Below are positions 51,525 to 62,700 of a DNA stretch of 64,000 nt, piece by piece. This DNA is from Heptranchias perlo (Eukaryota). Location: NCBI RefSeq assembly GCF_035084215.1, contig NC_090355.1, positions 21,762,001 to 21,826,000 on the forward strand, read 5' to 3'. Position 1 is the first letter of the stretch. Every line of letters starts with the position of its first letter. The position numbers and the translations under genes were made by a program. Under the pieces are notes generated by a model. It did no database searches, was not told the origin of the DNA, and saw nothing but the letters and a program-made list of their open reading frames with translations.

Positions 51525-52215
51525 AACAACTTACATTTACTCAGCACCCTCAACATAGTAAAACATCCCAATGCACTTCACAGAAGCGTGAACAAAATTT
51601 GACACCAAGCCACATAAGGAGAAATTAGGTCAGGTGACCCAAAGCTTGGTCAAAGAGCTAAGTTTTAAGGAGGGTCTTAAAAAGGATGAGGGGGTAGAGG
51701 GGTGAAGAGTTTTAGAGAGGGTATTCCAGAGCTGAGGGCCTAGGCAGCTGAACACACAGCCACCAATGGTAAAACAATTGAAATCAAGGATGCACAGAAG
51801 GCCTGAATTGGAAGAGCACAGAGATCAGAGGGTTATAGGGCTGAAGAAGGTTAGAGATAGGGAGGGGCAAGACCATGGAGGGATTTGAAAACAAGGATAA
51901 GAATTTTAAAATCCAGGTGTTGCCTTATCGGGAGCCAATGTAGGTCAGCGAGCACAGGGTTAGGGGTGAACGGGACTTGGCGCGAGTTAGGATACAGGCA
52001 GCAGAATGTTGGATGAGTTCAAGTTTATGAGGGTGCAAGGTGGGAGGCCGGCCAGGAGAGCATTGGAATAATCAAGTCTAGAGGTAACAAAATCATGGAT
52101 GAGGGTTTCAGCAGCAGATGAGCTAAGGTAGGGGCAGAGATGGGCGATGTTACAGAAGTGGAAATAGGCGGTTTTGGTGATGGTGAAAATATGGGGTCAG
52201 AAGCTCATCTCAGAG
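51525..52215 (-). mobile_element. L2 LINE 3' fragment nested among plus-strand L2 remnants (51420-51515, 52215-52370)
   Basis: Homologous to 37360-37900 and 4350-4787. Confidence 0.8.
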
Positions 52216-52559
52216 CCTCCTGTAAGATCCCCATTAAAACCTACCTCTGACCAAATTTATGGCCACCCCTAACAATCATCGGCTCTGCATCCACATATTA
52301 TGCATGACACCTCTGAAGCACCTTGGGATGTCTTTCTATGTTGAAGGTGCTGAATAAATACAAGTTCTTGTTAAAAGGGAGAGGGGGAAGTGCTTCACCA
52401 CATGTTTTATCAAGGTAAGAAAGATTACTTCATTGTTGAAGTACATTTTCCTCTTTCCATACTGACAGCAAGCACTCCAATGCCATGTTACATTCAATAC
52501 ACTGTACCACAGATTTTACAACACAGAAACAGGCCATTCGGCCCAACAGGTCTGCGCTT

Positions 52560-52775
52560 CAAATAGTACCACGGAATCTTATGTCCACCCGAGACAGCAG
52601 ACAGGATCAGAGTTTAACGTCTTATCCAAAAGACAGTAGCTCTGACAGCGTAGAACTCCCTCAGTACTGCACTGAAATGTCAGCCTTGATTATGTGCGTA
52701 AGTCTCTGGAGTGGGGTTTGAACCCATGGCTTTCTGACTGGAGAGTAACCCACCATTGAGCCAAGGTTGACACCT
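52560..52775 (-). mobile_element. Deu-domain SINE 5' part
   Basis: Homologous to 44220-44395. Confidence 0.7.
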
Positions 52776-53377
52776 AAAACGCAAAAATGGTTTTTAATTC
52801 CAATCATATTTTGTAACAATGGAGTGGAACAGCATCATCTCAGTTTCTACTCAATTTATTCAAGTAGTTAATCGCCAGACAGGAGGGTTCCCTCCCAGTC
52901 GGAGAACACTTCAGCAGTCAAGGACATTCAGCCTCCAATCTTCGGGTAAGCGTTCTCCAAGGCGGCCTGTGGAACACACGACAATGCAAAATCGTCGAGC
53001 AGAAATTGATAGCCAAGTTCCGCACCCACGAGGACGGCCTCAACCGGGATCTTGGGTTCATGTCACGCTACATGTAACCCCACCTGACGTAGAGTCATCC
53101 AGACTAAGTCGTAGTTGGCTTGTTCTCCATACACAGATGCAGCCGGACCTGCTGCGATTTCCAGCGAAAAAAAGTTATCTGTTTTCAATACAAACCCCAG
53201 CATCTGCTACATTTGACCCCTTGTGACCCCACCTCAGTATTCTTGGATGTAATGTTTCCCTGACTAACCTGTTTGAACACCATTCACTCCTTTGATTGCT
53301 GTGATTATCTCTCTGCCGAGGTGTGATAAAGGGCAGTTAGAAAGATTATCTGTAATCACCAGGCATTGTTCTCTGAC

Positions 53378-53412
53378 TATATATGCTGTGCCGATATGCA
53401 TCTCTTCACTTC
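53378..53412 (+). promoter_or_regulatory. Candidate TATA plus Initiator of the PLE pseudo-LTR
   Basis: TATATAT at 53378; TCACTTC (YYANWYY) with its A at 53408, 30 nt downstream. Confidence 0.4.
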
Positions 53413-53447
53413 ACCTGACGAAGGAGCAAAGCTCCAAAAGCTTGGGA
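53411..53447 (+). ncRNA. Minimal hammerhead ribozyme motif in the PLE pseudo-LTR (G12 mutated)
   Basis: TCAC-CTGACGA-A-GGAGC-AAA-GCTCC-aAAA-GCTT-GGGA. Confidence 0.6.
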
Positions 53448-54176
53448 TTTCAAATAAAGCTGTTGGACTCTTACCGGGTGTTGTGCGTCTCCTTACATTT
53501 AATCAGAGAGAGAATGCTCAATTAGTCATTTTATAATAAACTTGGAATTTGTTTGAAATTGACTGTTTTAAGATAATGGCCATTTAAAAAATAATGTACT
53601 TTGAAAGTATAATTAATGCCCAATGATTAAGGGAAGAAAATACCCATTTGATTCCCCGTCCCTCAAGTCAAATTATATTGGCCACGGGAATCAAGCGCCG
53701 CCTGGGACAACTGTCAGCTGATTGAGGAATTGGTGCCCTTCTCTCACATTCAAAATGGTAGTCAGGACAGCAGGAACATCACATTCTTTCACAGAAACTT
53801 CATTTTGTTCACCACTTGTAAAATCACACTGTTAGCTGCTCTGCCAATCATTCCAAGTTAAGGCCTGCACAGTGCATTGTTTCAGCTTGGTTAAATTTGC
53901 AGCACTCACACCTCTTCAAAAAGGTTGTGGGTTCAAGTCAGACTAGGATTTCAGCACATAATCTGGCCTGTGCAGTGGTGAGGCAGTGTTGCATTGTCAG
54001 AGGTATCCTATAAATGAAGTGTTAAACCAAGGCTCCAATGGATAAAAGAGCTATAGCACTATTTGGAGAAGAAAGGAGTTCTCCTACTGTTTTTGGCCTT
54101 GACTAATACCACTAAACACAAATTATCTGGTCATTCATTCAGTCATGTGGGACTTCACTGCTGCATTTGTCTAGAT

Positions 54177-54386
54177 GTGGAGATGCCGGTGATGGACTGG
54201 GGTTGACAATTGTAAACAATTTTACAACACCAAGTTATAGTCCAGCAATTTTATTTTAAATTCACAAGCTTTCGGAGGCTTCCTCCTTCGTCAGGTAAAT
54301 GTTTACCTGACGAAGGAGGAAGCCTCCGAAAGCTTGTGAATTTAAAATAAAATTGCTGGACTATAACTTGGTGTTGTAAAATTGTT
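54177..54386 (-). mobile_element. Penelope-like family-A fold-back insertion: perfect 86-bp palindrome with a hammerhead motif on each strand
   Basis: Arms 54214-54299 and 54302-54387; TSD TGCATTTGTCTAGAT at 54162-54176 and 54387-54401. Confidence 0.9.
54301..54341 (+). ncRNA. Minimal type-I hammerhead ribozyme motif (mirror copy on the minus strand at 54260-54300)
   Basis: GTTTAC-CTGACGA-A-GGAGG-AAG-CCTCC-GAAA-GCTT-GTGAAT. Confidence 0.7.
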
Positions 54387-55699
54387 TGCATTTGTCTAGA
54401 TAAGTGGCTGCCCTGCAAAAGTAGCACTTGAAAAAGTAAACCATTGTTTGTAAAATGCTCTGGGATATCCTGTGGATGTGATGAGTGCTATATCTTGTAT
54501 CTTTTTTGCTGCAAATTAATTTTAAAAATTCAGTTAGAAACTAAAATGCTCAAAAGGCTTAAAAAGGTCAAGGATGCTTAGGGTATGTAAACTATTAGTA
54601 ATGCTAAAGATTCTGTCTTCTGCATAGTTGAATGAAGTCTGGTTTCTAGAAAAGATTAGCTCTGCATGTTTTAAACAGATGTTTTTCATTGTGTTTGACA
54701 AATACAATGCAATCTGCAATGTTGTGGGTTATTTACAGTCACACTGTAACCCTGAATTGCAAGACCATATTTTTTTTTAATATTGTGACAAGTAAAGGGG
54801 AACTTGCAGCTTCACCAGTCTGTTTTCACTACCTTCTTTGGGTCAAAATAGATGACAGGCGAGATATATTGCACGATTCGCAGTAAATCTCAATGGAGGG
54901 ATGCAGGTGTGGGTAACTGATTAAAATTTCACCACCAAGCCAGAAACCACACAACAGCACAAATGCTGGTTCACAGTATTTCACCCGAGTACTATGGGGC
55001 TTTCCAGAACTGCCATTTTACTCTTGGGAGTAGTTCTTTCATAGAATTTCTAATATATACAGATACAATCACAATTAGTCATATTCTTTATATACCTCTG
55101 CTCATCTATTCCTCAATTCTTCCAATCACTCTCATTCTAGAAATGTCTAGTGATGTTGTCAATAGCAGTTTACAACCCTAAACCTAATCCCAACAACCAA
55201 CTTCTAAACCTAACCAACAACCTAACCACAAATCCTAGCCACTAACCCTAAAGCATGAATAAAGAGAGCGATGCAGAACCAGCTATGTGTCAATAGTCAT
55301 TGTGACATTGATGATACAGGTCGGCCACACTGTCAAGAGTCACTTATTCTTTCATCTTCCATTGTTTGGTTCCCCTATACCCTCTTGCATCATTGTCTCC
55401 AATTCTTTCAAATTCTCTTAAGAAATAGGCAGAGATTCCTTTTAAATAAACCTAAATGACTACTGTGATCCAATTACAATGACTATGTCAATAGTTGCAA
55501 ATGTTGCTGTTAAAATTTTTTTAGCTACTATGCACACATGGTTACTTTCTGACTTTATTCCTGATATTTTCCATACTAGTAACATGAGGGATTTTGCTGC
55601 AAATTGAACTATCAGGGAACTCATTTTTCTTTTCTTTTGCTTTTCTCTAGGAAAGAAATGACTGAAACACGAGTTTAAAATCCATAAAAACACTGTCTG

Positions 55700-55915
55700 T
55701 TTGCCTCCACCTCCCTCCTGTCTGAGCAGAAAACAATTGTCTGCTCTGCCTCCACCTCCCTCCTCCTTAAAACCTACCTCTTGGACCAAGCTTTGAGTCA
55801 CCAGTCTTAATAGCCCCTCTTTGGCTCGGTGTAAATTTTTGTCTGATTGCACTTCTGTGAAGCACCATGGGAAGTTTTCCTATGTTAAAGGCACTATATA
55901 AAAAGTAGTTGCTGA
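55700..55915 (+). mobile_element. L2 3' end
   Basis: Homologous to 4600-4787. Confidence 0.75.
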
Positions 55916-55928
55916 CGATTACACTTTA

Positions 55929-57239
55929 TTTAGAATGCAGTTCTCTTGGATCCGAGAATAGTTTTGATTGACCACTCTTAGTTGTAGAATGGTGCAAGGG
56001 ATAGGGAATGGAAGTGAAAAAAATTTAATTAGCAGGAGAAAACACTAAAGGATGAGAATGCGTTGTACCAGTGAAGGATTAAATGGCAGTTTTTTTTAAA
56101 ATCACCGATGTATGGTTTTTGTAAGGACTTTTGCTGGAAAATGTGCGCACAATGATTACCAAAATCAAGCTAAAATTTCTTGTCCACAATTTTTTGTTTA
56201 CTGTTTAAATGTTGCACATTTTTTTTTAAAAAACACTAAATCTATGAAATGCATGCATGCAGTGGTTCAAGAAGGCGGCTCACCACCATCTTCTCAAGGG
56301 CAATTAGGGATGGGCAATAAATGCCGGCCTCGCCAGCGATGCCCACATCCCATGAATGAATAAAAAAAATTATGGTTCTGTTTAAAAGGAATTTTATTTA
56401 GATTATTTCACAGGACCACAGGAAACCAGTCCTGAAATGTCACTTGAACATGTCCCAATCAGCTCACTCAAATCAAAAATTTTTCAAAATATTGATAAAG
56501 CAACTTTCTTCAGTTGTTAAAATTATACTTTTTAGATGGTGTTGGGAAAAAGAACGGCTGCTATATTAAAAAAAAATTACTATTTCCATTCAAAACTCAA
56601 ATGTGAAGCTAAAAAGTGTAAACAAAATATGGATAAATTTTAAAGACACAGGAACCAAATAAAAGCACACTAATTATTGGGCATAATTGTTCATCCAATA
56701 CAGTTAAAAGAATTAAGGGTATAGCAGTGTTTTTACATTTGAACTGGCCTTTCAAAGAATAAAATGTGTCTTCTGAAATTCCTTTTAAACAGAACCATAA
56801 TTTTTTTTATTCATTCATGGGATGTGGGCGTCGCTGGCGAGGCCGGCATTTATTGCCCATCCCTAATTGCCCTTGAGAAGATGGTGGTGAGCCGCCTTCT
56901 TGAACCACTGCATGCATGCATTTCATAGATTTAGTGTTTTTTTTTAAAATGTGCAACATTTAAACAGTAAACAAAAAATTGTGGACAAGAAATTTTAGCT
57001 TGATTTTGGTAATCATTGTGCACAAATTTTCCAGCAAAAGTCCTTACAAAAACCAGACATCGGTGATTTTAAAAAAAACTGCCATTTAATCCTTCACTGG
57101 TACAACGCATTCTCATCCTTTAGTGTTTTCTCCTGCTAATTAAATTTTTTTCACTTCCATTCCCTATCCCTTGCACGATTCTACAACTAAGAGTGGTCAA
57201 TCAAAACTATTCTCGGATCCAAGAGAACTGCATTCTAAA
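55929..57239. repeat. Long inverted duplication: arms 55929-56394 and 56776-57239, 381-bp spacer
   Basis: Arms are reverse complements with about 5 substitutions plus one homopolymer length difference; each contains a family-2 LINE 3' tail. Confidence 0.95.
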
Positions 57240-57264
57240 ACAAATCATTGAAAAAATGCCAGCA

Positions 57265-57700
57265 TCATGGAATCATACAGCACAGAAGGAGGCCAGTCAG
57301 CCCATCATGCCTATGCCAGCTTTTCAAGCAGCTATCCAATTCATACCCCTGCAATTATTTTTGCCGTTTCAATTATATGTCCACCCTTTCAGGCAGTGCA
57401 TTCCAGATCACAACAACTCACTGTAAAAAAAAAACTCTCACCTCCCCTCTGATTTTTTGCCAATTACCATAAATCGGTGTCCTCTGGTTACTGACCCTCC
57501 TGCCAGTAGAAACAGTCTCTCCAAATCTACTCCATCAAAACCCTTCATGATTCTGAACACCTCTTAAATCTCTCCTTAACTTTCTCTGCTCTAAGGAAAA
57601 CAATCACAGCTTCTCTCGTCACTCCACACAACTGAAATCCCTCATCACTGGTACCATTCTAGTAAATCTCTCAAAGGCCTTGACATCCTTCCTCCAATTC
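57265..57700 (-). mobile_element. CR1 3' fragment
   Basis: Homologous to 1563-2070. Confidence 0.8.
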
Positions 57701-59407
57701 AGGTGAGCAATGTTATGGGAAAAGTCTATGAGTATTTTTTTGACTTGCAATGTGGGGATTGCTATAAACTAATTAGTGTAGTATTATGAACATTGTTTGA
57801 GCCATGGTAGCTAATGATGGTGCAAAAGCATTACAGTAGTCAGTGTCCAACTTAAGTGCTGCCAAAGAAGCAAACTGAATTTTGCAGACAGAATTTCTGA
57901 ATTGGGATCAGTTATTATTTTCTGTCCCTCCAATGAAACTTCCTGCCTGTGGATTATCTACACTTTCTTCACTTTTGCACAAAGCAGCTTTCACCCAAAA
58001 CACTGGACACTTAGCGTACTAATAATTTAGTTATAAATCCATGCTTGCCTCCCCCTCTTTTTTTTTGTTCTTTAGTCCTCCAATCCATAAATGCTCATCT
58101 CAAAAATACAACACTGCACTATTATAATTCACTGTTTAATTTTTTTTTTGAATGATTAAAGATTCTACTTTGGCCCTAAAAGAGATGTTGTCATAACTGC
58201 AGCATCAATTCATCTTGAAAATTATTTTTCTTTTCTTCCCACTTCATCTTGCCTCCACAATCAACATGTGCCAGAAAGCTCCTCTCCATCCCAAATTAAA
58301 ATATTGAAATAGACAAGAGAATTGGGGAAGGGACAGTAATGAGAGGTGTGGGGAAATACAACCTATGTCAGCAGTACCAGATGGCACAGTGGGTTAGATC
58401 CTGGCCTAGTATTAAAGCCAGCAAACAAAACTAAGAGTTGAAGTTAATTTCGCCAATTTCAATCCATTTCCAAAACTGCCTCGAACCGCACTAAATTGAC
58501 ATTCTCATTTAAAGATCTTTTTTGGAAGTCCCCAACACAAAGTTTGAATAACATTGATCTAAACTGGACTGAATTTTATCACAACATAGCTGAGCTAAGT
58601 ACTTGCTATACTAAGCAGCAATTAGTCAGACTGATAAATGGGCTCTTAAATTATCAAGCTATCCTGCTGCTGGTGGTGAAGGAACCTGTTGAATTTTCTT
58701 GCTTCGGAGCTATGATTATCCGCAGTTTACAGTTCAATGAAATAGATTGCCAAATTTTAAACTTAGCACAAATGTTGAGAATTGTGGCTTGCTTTTGATA
58801 TGACATTACCTCAATTAACATTCCTACACACCTAAAATTTAACGTAATTAACATTCACAAACAGTACTATAGAAAAACTGCTTTGACATACTTAACACAA
58901 ACCAGTGCAATTTCACACTAAAGATTTATACCTCTTCTTACAAATAGTAAAGTTCCTCTTGTATTTTTTTTTGAGTGAGGAGAAATGATTATACATCCTA
59001 AACTATTGTAGCAAAGCGCTCAATGCAGTACAGCAAAAAGACTGCTTGGTGATGTCTGAATACATGTTAGCAAGAGATTTACTTAAACTCCAGTTCCTAA
59101 AAATGTATCTACCCACAGTCTTTGTTCAGTTCAAAATTCCCTTATTTAATCTTCAGCATTGCAACCATCTGAGCCCTTAAATTACCAATTAATCTGCTGA
59201 TCCAAGATTGCTCAGTAGATTCTGATCAAAACCTCAAATTTCCCCAGTGAACCATCTCATTAATAAATGCTGCAAAATGACATGCTCAGTGCTCACTTGT
59301 CTGGATAATTACATCTAGTTTTTCCTTGGTAGCCAGCAGCTTCTAACCATAGAAAGTAGATGCATCAGAGATTGAGAATTCTTTTATCTATCATTTATAC
59401 ATACACA

Positions 59408-59610
59408 TGTAAGGAATCTTACAACACCAGGTTATAGTCCAACAAATTTATTTTAAAATCACAAGCTTTCGGAGATTATCCGCTTCATCAGGTGAAGGGG
59501 ATAATCTCCGAAAGCTTGTGATTTTAAAATAAATTTGTTGGACTATAACCTGATGTTGTAAGATTCCTTACATTTGTCCACCCCAGTCCATCACCGGCAT
59601 CTCCACATCA
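59408..59610 (+). mobile_element. Penelope-like family-A (second subfamily) fold-back insertion with hammerhead motif
   Basis: Arms 59407-59487 and 59493-59573 (2 mismatches); TSD TTATACATACACA at 59395-59407 and 59611-59623. Confidence 0.9.
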
Positions 59611-59739
59611 TTATACATACACAGCAGTTCCTCTGCGGGGCTTGTGCTACATGGTTTTTGCAACTCTTTATATACAAGGAACATACACAAATAATATTGT
59701 TAAGACCACACGATCTCATGGAGTACAAGATTTGTGATC

Positions 59740-62700
59740 TTATAGAATCATAGAAAAGTTATAGCATGGAAGAAGGCCAGTCAGCTCGAGACCACGCCAG
59801 CTCTATGCAAAAGCAATCCAGCTAGTCCCACTCCCCCGCCCTATCCCCGTCGCCCTGTGAATTTTCTCCTTTCAAATACTTACCCATTTCCCTTTTGAAG
59901 GACACGATTGAATCTGCCTCTACCAACCCCTCAGGCAGTGCATTCCAGATCCTAACCACTCGCTGTGTAAAAAAGTTCTCCCTCATGTCACCCTTGGTTC
60001 TTTTGCCAATCACCTTAAATCTATGTCCTCTGGTTCTTGACCCTTCAGCCAATGAGAACAGTTTCTCTATCTGTTCTGTCCAGACCCTTCATGATTTTGA
60101 ATACCTTTATCAAATCTCCTCGCAACCATCTCTGTGCTAAGGAGAACAACCCCAGCTTCTCCAGTGTATCCACATAACTGAAGTCCCTCATCCCTGGAAT
60201 CATTCAAGTAAATCTTTTCTGCACCCTCTGAGGCCTTCACATCCTTCAAGTGTGGAGCCCAGAACTGGACACAATACTCCAGTTTTGGCCAAACCAGTGT
60301 TTTATAAAGGTTCACCATTACTTCCATACTCTATGCCTCTATTTATAAAGCCCAGGCTCCAGTATGCTTTTTTAAAAATCACTTTCTCAACCTGCCCAGC
60401 ACCTTTAATGATTTGTGCATTTACCCCCAGATCTCTGTTCCTATCCCCCTTTGAGTTGCGCCCTCTAATTTATATTGCCTCTCCTCGTTCTTCCTACCAA
60501 AATGTGTCACTTCGCATTTTTCTGCGTTAAATTTCATCTGCCACTTGTCCGCCCATACCACCAGCCTGTCTATAGCCTCTTGAAGTTTATTACTATCCTC
60601 CTCATTCTTAACTACACTTCCAAGTTGTGGGTCATCTGCAAATTTTGAAATTGTGCCCTGCACACCCAAGTCCAAGTCATTTTTTAATCAAAAAAAAAGC
60701 AGTGGTCCCAGCACAAACCTCTGGGAAACACCACTGTACACCTCCCTCCAGTCCAAAAAACTGTTCACTACTATTTCCTGTCCCTTAGCCAACTCTGTAC
60801 CCCCGTCGCTACGGCCCCCTTTATTCCATGGGACGCAATCTGGATGATAAGCCTACCATTCAGCACTTTATCAAATGCCTTTTGAAAGTTCATATACACA
60901 TCAACTGCATTGCTTCATCTACCCTCTGTTAACTCATCAAAAAACCATCAGGTTAAATAAACACAATTTCCCTTAAACAAATCTATGCTGGCTTTCTCAA
61001 AATCAATCTACACTCTTGCAAGTGACTTAATTCTGTCCCAGATTATCATTTCTAAAAGTTTCCCCACCACCAGAGGTTAAACTGACTGGCCTGTAGTTGC
61101 TGGGTTTATCCGTACACTTTTTTTGAACAAGGGTGTAACATTTGCAATTCTCTAGTCCTCTGGCACCACCCCCGTATCTAAGGATGTTTGGAAGATTATG
61201 GCCAGTACCTCTGCAATTTCCACCCTTACTTCCTTCAGCAACTGAAGATGCATCCCATCTGGACCGGGTGACTTATCTCCAAGTACAGCCAGCCTTTCGA
61301 GTACCTCTATCAATTTTTATCCCATCTAGCCCGGCTGTTGTGCTGAAGACTTTGCTTCAGAACTAGCCGCGCCTCTAGCCAAATTGTTCCAGTACAGCTA
61401 GAACACTGGCATCTACTAGACAATGTGGAAAAGTGCCCAGGTATGTCCTGTCCACAAAAAGCAGGACAAATCCAATCCGGCCTATTACCGCCCATCAGTC
61501 TACTCTCAATCAACAAAGTGATGGAAGGCGTCATCGACAGTGCTATCAAGCGGCACTTACTCACCAATGCTCAGTTTGGGTTCCGTCAGGACCTCTGCTC
61601 CAGACCTCAGTACAACCTTGGTCCAAACATGGACAAAAAAAAACACTGAATTCCAGAGGTGAGTGACTGCCCTTGACATCAAGGCAGCATTTGACTGAAT
61701 GTGGCACCAAGGAGACCTAGTAAAATTGAAGTCAATGGGAAAAACTCTCCAGTGGCTGGAATCATACCTAGCACAAAAGAAGATGGTAGTGGTTGTTGGA
61801 GGCCAATCATCTCAGCCCCAGGACATTGCTGCAGGAGTTCCTCAGGGCAGTGTTCTAGGCCCAACCATCTTCAGCTGCTTCATCAGTGACCTTCCCTCCA
61901 TCATAAGGTCAGAAGTGGGGATGTTTGCTGATGATTGCACAGTGTTCAGTTCCATTCACAACCACTCAGATAATGAAGTAGTCCGTGCCTGCATGCAGCA
62001 AGACCTAGACAACATCCAGGCTTGGGCTGATAAGTGGCAAGTAACATCCGTGCCAGACAAGGACCATCTCCAACAAGTGTCTAACCAGATCCCCTTGACA
62101 CCATCCAGGACAAAGCAGCCCGCTTGATTGGCATCCCATCCACCACCCTAAACATTCACTCCCTTCACCACCGGCACACAGTGGCTGCAGTGTGTACCAT
62201 CCACAGGATGCACTGCAGCAACTCTCCAAGGCTTCTTCGACAGCAGCTCCCAAACCCACGACCTCTACCATCTAGAAGGACAAGGGCAGCAGGCACATGG
62301 GAACACCACCATCTGCACGTTCTCCAAGTCATACACCTTCCCGACTTGGAAATATGTCGCCGTTCCTTCATCGTTGCTGGGTCAATCCTGGAACTCCCTA
62401 CCAAACAGCACTGTGGGAGAACCTTCACCACGTGGACTGCAGTAGTTCAAGAAGGCAGCTCACCACCACCTTCTCAAGGGCAATTAGGGATGGGCATAAA
62501 TACTGGCCTTGCCAGCGATACCCACATCCCATGAACAAATTTTAAAAATCTCCTCAACTATATCTTCCTTCACTGAAACTCTGGCAGCATCTTGCGCCTT
62601 GGTAAAGACAGATGCAAAGTACTCATTTAGTACCTCGGCCATGCCCTCTGCCTCCATGAGTAGATCTCCTTTATGGTCCCTAATCAGCCCCACCCCTCCT

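Larger units (their letters stand above)
52871..53490 (+). mobile_element. Penelope-like retroelement 3' end: GIY-YIG endonuclease C-terminal fragment (52871-53077) plus pseudo-LTR
   Basis: Open 68-aa frame IARQEGSLPVGEHFSSQGHSASNLRVSVLQGGLWNTRQCKIVEQKLIAKFRTHEDGLNRDLGFMSRYM* with the PVxEHF..H..E..LI..GLN pattern of PLE endonucleases; ends in a family-A terminus. Confidence 0.85.
53870..54495 (+). mobile_element. Deu-domain SINE (old) interrupted by a PLE palindrome
   Basis: ggttgtgggttcaagtc B-box, gaagaaaggagttctcc, aattatctggtcatt motifs. Confidence 0.7.

Noticed and set aside
52819-53226. 135-aa ORF in the track
   Set aside because: Wrong frame; the meaningful translation is the overlapping ATG-less PLE endonuclease frame
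54214-54387. Palindromes as pre-miRNA or TIR-type MITEs
   Set aside because: The one-sided tail, long variable TSDs and homology to the PLE terminus indicate retroelement fold-backs
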